Assembly (NCBI RefSeq): GCF_009914755.1
Contig: NC_060928.1
Strand: one strand, 5' to 3'
Source of the DNA: the human T2T-CHM13v2.0 reference genome, Homo sapiens
Length of the DNA: 64,000 nt
The stretch's first letter is position 1. Each line of letters begins with the position of its first letter. The position numbers were made by a program, and so were the translations under genes. A model generated the notes under the pieces. That model was not told the origin of the DNA, ran no database searches, and saw only the letters and a list, made by a program, of their open reading frames with translations. Positions 41,111 through 53,688 of the stretch are shown in pieces.

Positions 41111-42893
41111 GACTAAAGATCACCCATTATTGATTCTTTGAAAGTACATGTAGCGTGAAACATGACTGCAAAGTGGTTCCTTTCAGTCTATAAAAGATGA
41201 AAAAAAATAATTTTAGGAGTGTCTGAGACCTTTAGCCTTGTCTAAGTAATTGAATTGGCCCTTTGGTCACCGGGTGGTTAGTTATCTTGAGATGTAATTT
41301 ATTTAGAAAAGTATTACTAGTGGATTTATGTGATACTGAGTCTGATAAAGATCTTTCCTGGAAGTTGAAAAGCATGCCTGCCAGAATTTATTTAGGTTTT
41401 AATAAGTGAATAAATGAAGCCAGGGCTATAGAGTGGGAACCACCTCTGGTCACCAAATGGTCCATGCCTTTTCTTTGTTTCACAAATTTGAATAATTGTA
41501 GTTCTTCATTTCAATGTGCCTGTTCATTTAAGAGGGAACCCTTAGGGCATACTTGTTTGTTTGTTAGATAAAACCATCCTAAGACACAACACAGAGCATA
41601 CAGGCTGCAATGCAAGCACATAAAACCTGAGATACCAGATGGAAAATGTCTTAGGCTTGTAGTTCTGATTTGCTAAAATAAAAAAATAAAATATAAATTA
41701 AAAAAAGCGCAGGGTGCGGGGGATGGGGTGGTGGATGTAGGGGCAAACATTTAAATTTTGCTTCTGTTGTTTTCCCCTGTTAATACAGAAATTTGATGTT
41801 GGTATCTTACAGAAAATGAGCTTTTAAAAGCAAATCTTCAGAGTTTAAAAATCATCCCACCCTCCTCGCAAAAATCTGCAATATTATTTTTCTTTATAAA
41901 ATCGACCCAGCTGAAATATTTTCTGATGAGTTTAAATGCATATGAACTAGTGCTCTAGAGACTGTCTTAATGGAGTACTTCATTTTGTACTTTATTGAAA
42001 TGTGTACTTTGAAAACATTGGTGAAATTTGCCATTTCCCACCTGGCATCAGCAACAGCTGGAGCCTGGCCCATTTACGATGGCCTACACTCACGCAGTAC
42101 TAATCTAAAGCAAATGTCATATGAAAAGCTATGTCCCTGCCCCTTCTCCTGTTAAATGCATCTAAGACAAAAGTAAGAGCATAATATTTTATTTAAGCTC
42201 AGCTATTTTTCTTTTTCTCCTCTTCCCTTACCATTTCTGTTGCTCTAAAACTATTTCTCGTGGTCATGCTCTTAACTGAGATATTTGTAGGGAAATGATT
42301 TGTTTTAAATGAGCAGATGGGCCAGACTTAAGACAAGCTGCTACATTAATAAACATGTGTGGTACTTTATCAGTAAAGGAGCCTATTTTGACATTTCTTC
42401 TGGATGATTTGTATAGCCTATCACTATCACACCTGGTGCAGGGACAATAAATGGGCACTTAATAGTCAAGCAGTGTGCGAACACCTTCCATTATAACTTC
42501 ATTATGTCAGATATGATCATCTGTTACTGAATGTCAGGCACTTAATTTATGATCAGTTGCCCTATGGAATTAGTGACCAAACAAATGAATAGTCCATTCG
42601 TGTAACTTTTGCTGTAAATGTATTTCTCCTAATACCAACCCCCTTTTTTTAAGCACATGGACTTAATCTGATATCCTTTGGGATTTTAAAACATAAGATG
42701 TTTTGTTTTATATTTGTGAAATTTGAGAAGTGGGAAAATGTGAATAACATATGATGTAAAATTCCATACTCAATTATGTTAATGCCCGTATCTGTTTAAA
42801 ATAAGCACAATTCTTTAGTTTCGTTTACCAATGAATTTCAGTTTGATTTTGGTAAAGTGACAATGCTTTTTGGAAAAAAAATAGAACTTCTCC

Positions 42894-43004
42894 CTAGAGA
42901 TCTGCTATACAATAATGTGCATATAGTTAATACTGTACTGTACACTTAAAGTTAATTGAGGGTAAATTTCATGTTATGTGTTTTTTACCACTTTTTTTAA
43001 AAAA
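42894..43004 (+). mobile_element. Short L1MA/L1MB 3' end with TSD
   Basis: CTAGAGATCTGCTATACAATAATGTG...TACTGTACTGTACACTTAA...TTTCATGTTATGTGTTTTTTACCAC; TSD AGAACTTCTCC at 42883-42893 and 43005-43015. Confidence 0.85.
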
Positions 43005-43102
43005 AGAACTTCTCCATTGGACAATATAAACAGGGTATAGTTAGTTAACTGTGGCACTATCAAAGCAATAGGTACAAAAGACACAGTGAAAAGAGAAGCT
43101 TA

Positions 43103-43697
<595 letters not shown>

Positions 43698-44072
43698 GAA
43701 GTAATGTTCCCTGCTGGCATCTGCAGAACCTTTTTACCCTCTTCTTTGGACATAACAACATGCCATCAGAACTCCACCATGTCTATATTCAAGATCATTA
43801 TTAGAGAAATCCTTAGACTCTCAATTGAAGTTACTATCTATGAAAAGATTCTTTCAGAGATGTCTAGCCTATTTTCTAATGAGGACCTTAGAACTGGGGC
43901 AGTGATAAGACCAACTGTAGGGGGAAAGAAGTCTCAAAGCCTGTTTAAGAATCAATTAAACTATTTGACCAGCCAGATTAGTAGGAAACCGAATGCTACA
44001 GAATAGGAAAATATTAACAAACTGTTAATAGAGAAGGATGGTATGAGAATTAATCTACAATAGACATATTAG

Positions 44073-44510
<438 letters not shown>

Positions 44511-44694
44511 TAAGAGAGGGAGAATTTTGATTCTGACAACTTTCATAGTATCATTGTCATGACCGATGGCACTCACACTGGAAACAAGGTGATAGAAAGT
44601 CATTAACTTCTCTGCCAGGCCTATAGGCTTAAAGAAACCATGCATTTTGGAGATGTCTTCAACAGCTAAAAAACGTCATGAAGATGAAGAAAGG

Positions 44695-44704
44695 AAAAGA
44701 TGCT

Positions 44705-44742
<38 letters not shown>

Positions 44743-44750
44743 TGCTAAGT
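44695..44750 (+). mobile_element. Solo poly(A) retro-insertion with 14-bp TSD
   Basis: AAAAGATGCTAAGT + A28 + AAAAGATGCTAAGT. Confidence 0.8.
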
Positions 44751-45333
44751 GGGGGATAACCAGGAGTGAAGCAGGGGAGGTGGGGTAGGTATTCCTAACA
44801 TTCTAAATTTAAAAGCCCTGGTACTGTGAAAGAATGCAATTTCAAGGTCTGGCCACACCAGTGCATTTATAACTGGCATGGACAGCCTCTGAGATTTACT
44901 CCCAGTGGACACTAGTCGTCAATAGATACATTAGTCTCTAGACTATCCCTTTGACATAAATGGCTGGAAAGTTCATTAAGGTATCCAGGTTATGGGGGAA
45001 GATACTTTAATAGCCAACTCAAATAAAATTTTTAAGGTTTAGTAGGTGAAACCTCATGCTAAGGTGACCTAGCATGGCTCTGGCTGAGACTGTTTAGGGG
45101 GTGCAAGCTTCCCAAAAGAACTGATCAAGACTGCGGTCTTTTACATATCTTAACCTTCAGGCAAGCATAACCAGAATGAAGGGGTAGCTGGCAGCAAGTC
45201 TCCGCTGGCTGGCAAAAAAAAAATCTAAAGCCTGCAGATTAAGCTTCATATAGAAGAGCCCTGAGCCAGTTCAAGCCCTAGACACCTGAGTAGACCTCAG
45301 AGCCTGTTCTAAACCACCAGATGCATTTGGCAG

Positions 45334-45912
45334 TGTAGAGGCCAAGGGAAAGCATTCTTTCTGCCCTCTAATGTTCACTGAACATGAAATGACAAAAGGA
45401 GAAAAGGGCATACAAGATTTATTTAATGCACATATGGAGTTAGGAGCCATATACAATGTATGAGACTTGGAGAGGGGCCAAGCAGTTTAGGCTTTAATAC
45501 TCTCTTCAGAGGCGAGAGATGTGTGGGCCTGGCAGGCAAACATTAATTTGTAAATGATTCTCTTAGGACAAAGGATGGGACCTACAGGTTATGACTTATT
45601 GTGCAGATGAAGTCTCCCAGGTAATCTCTTGGAGCTGTCCTCAGGACAACAGATGAAAGTCAATCTGTGTCAGTCTTTTTTCCAGTGTTTATTTTTCCTG
45701 GATATTTGTTGAGATTCCTAGGGAGGGGAGTCTTAATACAATTGCATTTCTTTTAGAAAGAAGCTTTCTTAGTCAGAAAAGGAAATTCTGCAGAAATCCC
45801 TTCCAGTGCTTCCAGAAAGACCATCAGACCTGGTTCTGAGACGTTTGAATTTTTAAAGCACTGAGCATGCCAAAGCACCATATTGTGGGGAATTATTTTC
45901 TGTGCCCTAATA
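45334..45912 (-). mobile_element. ERV1 MER4-group solo LTR (MER66/67/72-like)
   Basis: TGTAGAGGCCAAGGGAAA...GCCCTCT...CATGCCAAAGCACCATATTGTGGGG...CCCTAATA; 4-bp TSD GCAG on both sides. Confidence 0.8.
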
Positions 45913-46099
45913 GCAGGGACCTCCAATAATCTACTGTTCTTTCCTTATCATCTGATATGTATTTTTCTAACACCTTCACTGGATTGACTATATCAAAAAT
46001 CTAGCTTAATCATCTGAAACCTTGTTGGAAAACCTGAATATATAATCAATCACTTGAGTGGCCTAGAATCATTGTTTTTCGCTTTCTTTCTCTCTCTGT

Positions 46100-46238
46100 T
46101 TTCTTTTTCTTTTTTTTTTTTTTTTAAGAGAAGGGGTCTATGTGCAGTGTTCTTATCATAGCTCACTGCACCCTTGAACTCCTGGGCTCAAGCAGTCCTC
46201 TTACCTCAGCCTCTTGAGTAGCTGGGACTACGGGCATG
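46100..46238 (-). mobile_element. Alu monomer fragment (AluJ/FRAM-like)
   Basis: T tail followed by ATCATAGCTCACTGCACCCTTGAACTCCTGGGCTCAAGC. Confidence 0.85.
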
Positions 46239-46580
46239 TTTTTCTCTTCTTTCTGACCATTGAGTTCATGTAGAGCCATGTATAGTTCCTGAAGTGCCTA
46301 CATGCAAGATTTCGAGGATTTTCGTGTGAAAATAAAACCATTAAGTAATAGTGCCATCTAGAAATTAAAAGAAAAAAGTGTTTATTTGTATTTTTATCTT
46401 CAAATTTATTCCATTTTTGCTGGTTGTGCCAAGACTGAATCGCAAATTGAAGTGTGTATCACGCTTTATAGGTGGTAGAAAAAATACTGGCTGCATGGAA
46501 ATTTTATATAAAATAAGGAGCATAGTTCTTGCAAGGACACTTGGTTTATTTTGCATTAAAAAAATGTGTAAAGGTGAACA

Positions 46581-47840
46581 TGTAACCACCCAATGGGTTC
46601 ACCTTGCCCGCTGCGTAGACATAGCAGATTTATCAAGACAGGGGAATTGCAATAGAGAAAGAGTAATTCGCTGAGAGCCAGCTGTGTGGGAGACTGGAGT
46701 TTTATTACTCAAGTCAGTCTCCCCGAGCATTCAGGGATCAGAGTTTTTAAGGACAACTTGGTGGGTAGGAGCCAGGAGTGCTGATTGGTCAGGTCAGAGA
46801 TAAAATCATAGGGAGTCAAAGCTGTCTTCTCGGATTGAGTCAATTCCTGGGTGGGGGCCACAAGATTAGATGAGCCAGTTTATCAGTCTGGGTGGTGCCA
46901 GCTGATCCATCAAGTGCAGGATCTGCAAAATATCTCAAGTAGTGATTTTAGGAGCAGGTTAGGGAGGGTCAGAATCTTGTAGCCTCCAGCTGCATGACTC
47001 CTAAACCACAATTTCTAATCTTGTGGCTAATTTGTTAGTCCTACAAAGGCAAACTAGTCCCCAGGCAAGAAGGGGGTTTGTCTTGGGAAAGATTGTTATT
47101 GTCTTTGTTTTAGACTATAAACTAAGTTCTTCCCAAAGTTAGTTCAGCCTATGCCCAGGAGTGAACAGGAGCAGTTTGGAGGATAGAAGCAAGATGGAGT
47201 TGATTAGGTCAGATCCCTTTCACTGTCTCAGTCATAATTTTGCAAAGGCAGCTTCTTTTTTTTTTTTTTTTTTTATTGTACTTTAAGTTTTAGGGTACAT
47301 GTGCACAACGTGCAGGCTAGTTACATATGTATACATGTGCCATGTTGGTGTGCTGCACCCATTAACTCATCATTTAACATGTTAATGCTATCCCTCCCCC
47401 CTCCCCCCTTCCCCCACCCCACAACAGGCCCTGGTGTGTGATGTTCACCTTCCTGTGTCCATGTGTTCTCATTGTTCAATTCCCACCTATGAGTGAGAAC
47501 ATGCGGTGTTTGGTTTTTTGTCCTTGCGATAGTTTGCTGAGAATGATAGTTTCCAGCTTCATCCATGTCCCTATAAAGGACATGAACTCGTCATTTTTTA
47601 TGGCTGCATAGTATTCCATGGTGTATGTGCCACATTTTCTTAATCCAATCTATCATTGTTGGACATTTGGGTTGGTTCCAAGTCTTTGCTATTGTGAATA
47701 GTGCCACAATAAACATACGTGTGCATGTGTCTTTATAGCAGCATGCTTTGTAATCCTTTGGGTATACACCCAGTAACAGGATGGCTGGGTCAAATGGTAT
47801 TTCTAGTTCAAGATCCCTGAGGAATCGAAAGGCAGTTTCA
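46581..47840 (-). mobile_element. LTR8 (ERV1) 3' LTR interrupted by L1PA
   Basis: TGTAACCACCCAATGGGTTCACCTTGCCCGCTGC...CATAATTTTGCAAAGGCAG[L1]TTTCA. Confidence 0.9.
47256..47827 (-). mobile_element. L1PA 3' fragment (~570 bp)
   Basis: T tail, then CTTTAAGTTTTAGGGTACATGTGCACAACG...AGATCCCTGAGGAATCG; TSD AAAGGCAGCTTC (47244-47255) / AAAGGCAGTTTC (47828-47839). Confidence 0.95.
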
Positions 47841-49377
47841 ATCCCTCCCTTTGGGTTTTAAAACTTGTTAATCTTAAGGTGTAGGCTATGACGATGGGAA
47901 AAGGCCATCAAGGGCTTTGGCTTCTTCCTGCTGACAGGGCCATAGTGAGAATGGGAGTTGACCCCAAGGTGAGAGGAGTGAAACCACTTTGTACCTGGCT
48001 GAGCAAACTCACATGAGCCAGGGTGGGGGTCCAAGGCTTGCATGACAAAGGCATTAGTACTTACATCCATAATTTTAGTACAGTGTTGAAGTGAACAGCA
48101 TACTATAAGGTAAATAATGAGTACTAGGATGAAGACTGCAATTCCTAATTTTAAAGGTAAAACCCAAAGTCAATCAGCGCATTTTGTAATCAGCCCATTC
48201 CCCATGGGAGTGTCACTTCTCAGTAGGGGTGCAGATGTTTCCATATCTTCCATGTGGCCAAGAGCATGATTCTCTGATCCAAGCATGCAAAGAGCTAAGT
48301 ATCTCTTCATAACTGACATTAGCCATTTCTTAAAGTGTATGTTTTTACCTACTTATTATACACCAAGGGTAAAAGCTTTCCCATAATTCAAAGTAATTTT
48401 TGATAACCCCAAAACTTAAAACCATCAGATAACTCGAAGCAAAACAGAACAGAGTCTTAGATATTGGGAGGAATCTATCTGCTTTTAATTTCCAGGGTTT
48501 CATGAGGAAAACAGGGTTTTTTTTCCAAAACGAGTTCTGCGGCTCCTCCTCTGTTTTTCCCAAGGAGTCCCAGGCTACCACTACCAGAAGTTATCTTAGG
48601 ACCTCTCATGTGTGCATTAAGAGTGGCAAGACTGAAAAAAAAAAAAAAAAAAAAAAAGGAGAAAAATGATTCAGCTGACTGAGAAGAAAAAAAAAAAAAC
48701 CTTTTTCCAGAAAAACAAGATCCAAGAAGAGAAAAACATAAAGGCCTTTTAAATATTCCTGTAACTTGTTTATCCAATTTTAATTAAGCTGATGTTTAAC
48801 CATAGTGCTCTTTAAAAAAAATAAATCCTTTTAAACTTTTATTATCTGACTTTAGCCACATCAAGTAGCCAATATTTCTGGCTTTTGAGCTTTGCCAAAG
48901 GTAACCTCTCAGGTGCTTCAAAGACATAGTAAGGAGTTTCTTTTTTACAAGATTTGGAATCTCCCCATGGGTAGTTTAGAGAAAGGAAAATTCAAGACAA
49001 GAAACCAGAAGCTATCCATGGGGGGAAAAAACCTCAGTAAATGGCAAAGTTACATAAATAGCAAACCAGAAACGAATCATTCCAGAAGCCAAGAATTGAA
49101 CCTGGGCCACCATTGTCAAAAGATAAAGGCTTAACTACTGAGCTACACAGCATTGGGCAGTTTCTATTGTTTTTCCCAGAAGGAGCCTAGAGAAGCCAAT
49201 TTTTAGCTTGCAAAGGCTTTTAACTGCTCAAGATAATTTTTAGGGGTAATCATGAAATGAACCTCAAAATTCCTGTCCTCCAGATGGCAGAAACCAAGAA
49301 AAAGTAGCCTGACATGGTCGCAAAGTTAAGCTCTTAAAGACAAAAAACAAGACAGCGAGATTTTATCCAGTATTGCT
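47841..49377 (-). mobile_element. ERV1 MER4-group internal sequence, 5'-truncated
   Basis: Purine tract (minus strand AAAGGGAGGGAT) abuts the LTR; GGTTTCATGAGGAAAACAG and AAGGCTTTTAACTGCTCAAGATAATTTTTAGGG motifs. Confidence 0.8.
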
Positions 49378-50299
49378 TTGTGTCCTTAAAAGCTTAACGT
49401 TGTTACCATTGAAGAATATCTCATCTAAAAATAATGACAAATTTTTGAGAATTCACACTTTCCAATTTTAGTCCTTTCTTATATTTCACAAAGATTAATC
49501 TCTTTAAAATTTCTAAACTAGAAAAACTATTATATTAAAGCTGCAACATTCTATGATTTCTGAGAAAAACATTCTATAATTAGGTTTCTCTTAAACTTTG
49601 TAAATCTGTTATTGTCTGTACTATGGAATAATATTTGGGACAAAAATTATTGAAACATTGGAGTCATAAAAGTCATAGAAGCCAAGTGGAAACAATTTAA
49701 GTGTAGTGTTTCCTTTATAAAATCCACTGGATATTTTTTTTCTGTGATTTAGAGTAGATAATGTTAAATGGTTGATATGAAACTTTATAGTCCCTTTTTC
49801 AATTTTACCCATGAAAGTTGAATGTGTGATATTAGGACATTATGCATTTCTAAAACTATATGAATCTGAAGTACCCATAATTTCAAATCAAGAGACATGT
49901 AAAACCCAAATGTCTTCCTTATGCTAATATTTTTCCTTGAATAACAACGTTATTCATGAATACTTATGGTACCTATTAACATTTCGTTTTAAAATGACTG
50001 TATTTGTCATGAAACAAATTTACTTCTGTTGAACGTTTTATATGTTCTTGATTAGGAAAAAATTGATAAATGGTTTCCATTTATTCCGTCATGTAAAAAC
50101 TTTGACTTTATAAACATGTAATTTAAAATATGACTTCTACCTCACTGTAAGTGTAGTAGTAATACTGAATAATACAAGAAAAATCGAAATCGAAGACTTA
50201 GGAAATATCATTAGAAATTGCAATACCAAATAAAATAAGGATAAGAAAGGTCACCACTGACTGAATGGCAATTCTAAACCTGGTACATTGGTGTTTCAT

Positions 50300-50440
50300 A
50301 TAGGATATTTCAAATTCTTTTGAAAATTTGACAAGATAAATATTTTTATCCTCATTATAGAAATGAAAGGCTGAGGCTTACAGAGATGAAGTAGTTCATC
50401 CAGCTATTAAGTGCTAGAGTCAGGACTCTGGAATAGATTC
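50300..50440 (-). mobile_element. MIR
   Basis: TTATCCTCATTATAGAAATGAAAGGCTGAGGCTTACAGAGATGAAGTA. Confidence 0.65.
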
Positions 50441-50500
50441 TAAAGAGTAACTACATTTTTTAGAGTTGGTAAAAGATATGTTAAAAGTAGCAAAATACTG

Positions 50501-51064
50501 TGCCAGGGAGGAAAAACTTTTCTTCTACCCACCTAGGTCTTATTCTAAGAGGTCTACAAAGTAAACTGACAAAAGACAGATTAACAGGAGAAAAAGCTTA
50601 TTTAAAAGTGTAATGCACTTGCAAAGACTGCTCAGTGGTGAGTAACTTATTATCACTACACAAAGGCAATTAGAATGTGGTGCTTATATACCTAACTTAG
50701 TTGGGGAAAGGGAGAGGGGAGAAAGGCTTCCATAGTTTCTTTGGAAAAGACAAATGGGTTTTTAGGAGAACGGGAAGATGTTAGGAAAGTTTGTGATAAT
50801 GTTCATCTATACAGGTATGATTGGTCTATTTGTCTTCCTTAGGGCATTAAAATTTTCCAAAGGGGACTCAGAGTCGGTATGTTCTCTTTCTACCCACTAG
50901 GAGTAGTCTCACCCTGAAATGGGAATTTATGGCAGCCTCATATTTTTAGAAGTTCTGTTTTTAGGGAAGTTCTGGGAAGGCTTCTGTCTGCATCTATAGA
51001 TTCTCAAAGGTTTTGAGCTTAAAATAATCTTCATGCCAACTGTGAAGTTCTTAGTGGCCCCTCA
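50501..51064 (-). mobile_element. ERV1 solo LTR (MER31/MER67-like)
   Basis: AGGGAGGAAAAACTTTTCTTCTACCC...GACAAAAGACAGATTAACAGGAGAAAA...GCTTAAAATAATCTTCATGCCAA. Confidence 0.75.
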
Positions 51065-52483
51065 CTATCATCTCTTATGAAACAACTTAAAAATAATAGT
51101 CATGGTAGTCTTCTAGGAAGAAACAATTACACGCTGTTGTCAGTAAACAGACCTTATTTCCTAGGGATAGGGTGGGGAGCTGGCATTGCATGATCATTTT
51201 AAAGTTAAATGAAGTGAGAATTCCATGGAAGGTGCTCTCAAATGAAGAGTTCCATTGTCATGATGTGCTTCATACAGTTGAGGAGTAAGCTCTAGAATGG
51301 CATTGTTGTTGTTGTTGATAAAGTTTGTTTGGGGGAGGGAGCAAAAAAAAGAAAGAGAAAGAAAATAAAGTTTTTTTCTCATGAAACTCTCTTTACCATG
51401 AATCACCTTCCCCAGATCCCAAGCTATAGCTAAATAAATACCTCATGGTGCTATTTAGTAGTAATTATACTTGCTGGATTCCATCATAAGAGGAGAGAGA
51501 AAGAAATGTCTATAAACCACTTTGACCATTTCATTGCATATAAAGATAAAAATCAAATTTAAATCAAGAAGCCTTGTAAACAGTTTCTGAAAAACACAGC
51601 TATTTTAAGAGGGTGTTTACAGTGGTTTAAAATTACTGGGCACAGTATTAACCTAGCTCTATAAAAAGGAAATGGAAATAAACAGGAAATGTTTATAGGA
51701 TTTCTCATGGTAGTTAAGCATTTGCCTTATTTAGGATTCTGTTTAAGGATGTAAGATTGTCAAGCAGGTAAACTCAAGATCATTCTTCTATTTGTTAGAA
51801 CTTCAAATTTTGTTCATGTGAGGTAAATTAAAACTACATTTGAACATGTATGATTGAGTTACTTTGGTTTAATAAAGATGTACATGTCTAATACAGAAAC
51901 ACAAATGCTTAACATCTTTGACTAGAAAAATTGAAGAATAACCAACTCTATTATATTAAGTTAATGAATCAAGTTTTATCATAAGAAAAATCATAATTTC
52001 TCCGGTTGAAAGTAAAAATGGTCTATGCCTTTTATCTTTAAGTAAAGGCATGAAGGTACTGTTTTATTCAATTTCTTTTCTTTGTTATTTTTTATTGCAG
52101 AGGAGGGAAGAGAGTTGGCTTAATTTAATAAAATATGAAAGGCACTGCCTATAAGTTAACTTACATTATTTTCTTTGTGTAAGTGCCTAGAGCAAATGGG
52201 AATGATCTTTAAAGAAATCTAAGTTAAATGCCAGTTAGAATAACACAAAAGTGATCTTCAAAGTCATCTAATATAAGGAGTCCTGTTGATAGAGAGTGTT
52301 TTGTTTTTTGTTTTTGTTAAGGAAACTTGGGTAGGGTGGAGCAAGGAAATGGGGAAGGAAGAAAGGGAGCGTGTACTGGAGTATTTAAAAGTAATGCAAC
52401 TTATGTGGTAGTTTTAAATATGTATTGCTTTCTGTGGTATACTTTTTTATATAACTGTGAAGTTTGTAGTTAGATTGTGATTT

Positions 52484-52791
52484 TGTTTTGTTTTTCTTTT
52501 TTTGAGATGGAGCCTTACTCTGTCACCCAGGCTGGAGTACAGTGACACTTGTCACAGCTCACTGCAGCCTCGACCTCCTGGGCTCAGGGGATCCTCTCAC
52601 CTCAGCCTCCTGAGTAGCTAGTCCCACAGGCATGCAACACCATGCCCAGCTAATTTTTTTTTTAATTTTTTGTAGATACAGAGTTCTCACTATGTTGCCT
52701 GTGCTGGTCTCAAACTCTTGTGCTCAAGAAATTCTCTCACCTTGGCCTCCCAAAGTGCTAGAATTTCAGGAATGAGCCACTGTACCTGGCC
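52484..52791 (-). mobile_element. AluJ
   Basis: CACAGCTCACTGCAGCCTCGACCTCCTGGGCTCA; short TSD TGTGATT. Confidence 0.93.
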
Positions 52792-52953
52792 ATGTGATTC
52801 TTAAACTAAGAGGAAAAAAAAGTATACTTATGGTAGTTTTTTGTTGTTATTGTTGTTGTTTTCTTTATAATGGGCATAATTTGGCAGGTTTTTTTTTTCT
52901 TTTTAATTGTTTGGTTGATATTGCTTAGGTTTTGGAGATAAGACATGTGAAAA

Positions 52954-53260
52954 GGCCAGCTCTCATGCCTGTAATCCCAACACTTTGGGTAGGCCAAGGT
53001 GGGTGGATTACTTGAAGCTAGGAGGTCAGGACCAGCATGGTCAACATAGTGAGACCCTGTCTCTGCCCACCCCTCCCCCCGAAAAAAAAAATTAAATTTG
53101 CTGTACATGGTTGTGCATAACTGCAGTCCCAGCCACTCGTGGGGCTGAGGTGGGAGGATCACTTGAGCTCAGGAGTTTGAGGCTGCAGGGAGCCATGATT
53201 AGGCTATAGCACTCCAGCCTGGGCAACAGAGCAAGACCCCCATCTTAAAAGAAAAAAAAA
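52954..53260 (+). mobile_element. AluJ
   Basis: GAGGTGGGAGGATCACTTGAGCTCAGGAGTTTGAGGCTGCAG; A tail. Confidence 0.93.
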
Positions 53261-53348
53261 AGGACATTAAAAAAAAAAAGCAAATCCAGGTTCTTCTGTA
53301 ATGAATGATGTACATAGAATAATCTTACCTTTTTAAAAAATGAATTAA

Positions 53349-53688
<340 letters not shown>

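Noticed and set aside
41712-41743. Four G-runs (possible G-quadruplex)
   Set aside because: One loop is 11 nt and there is no supporting context. Such motifs are common.
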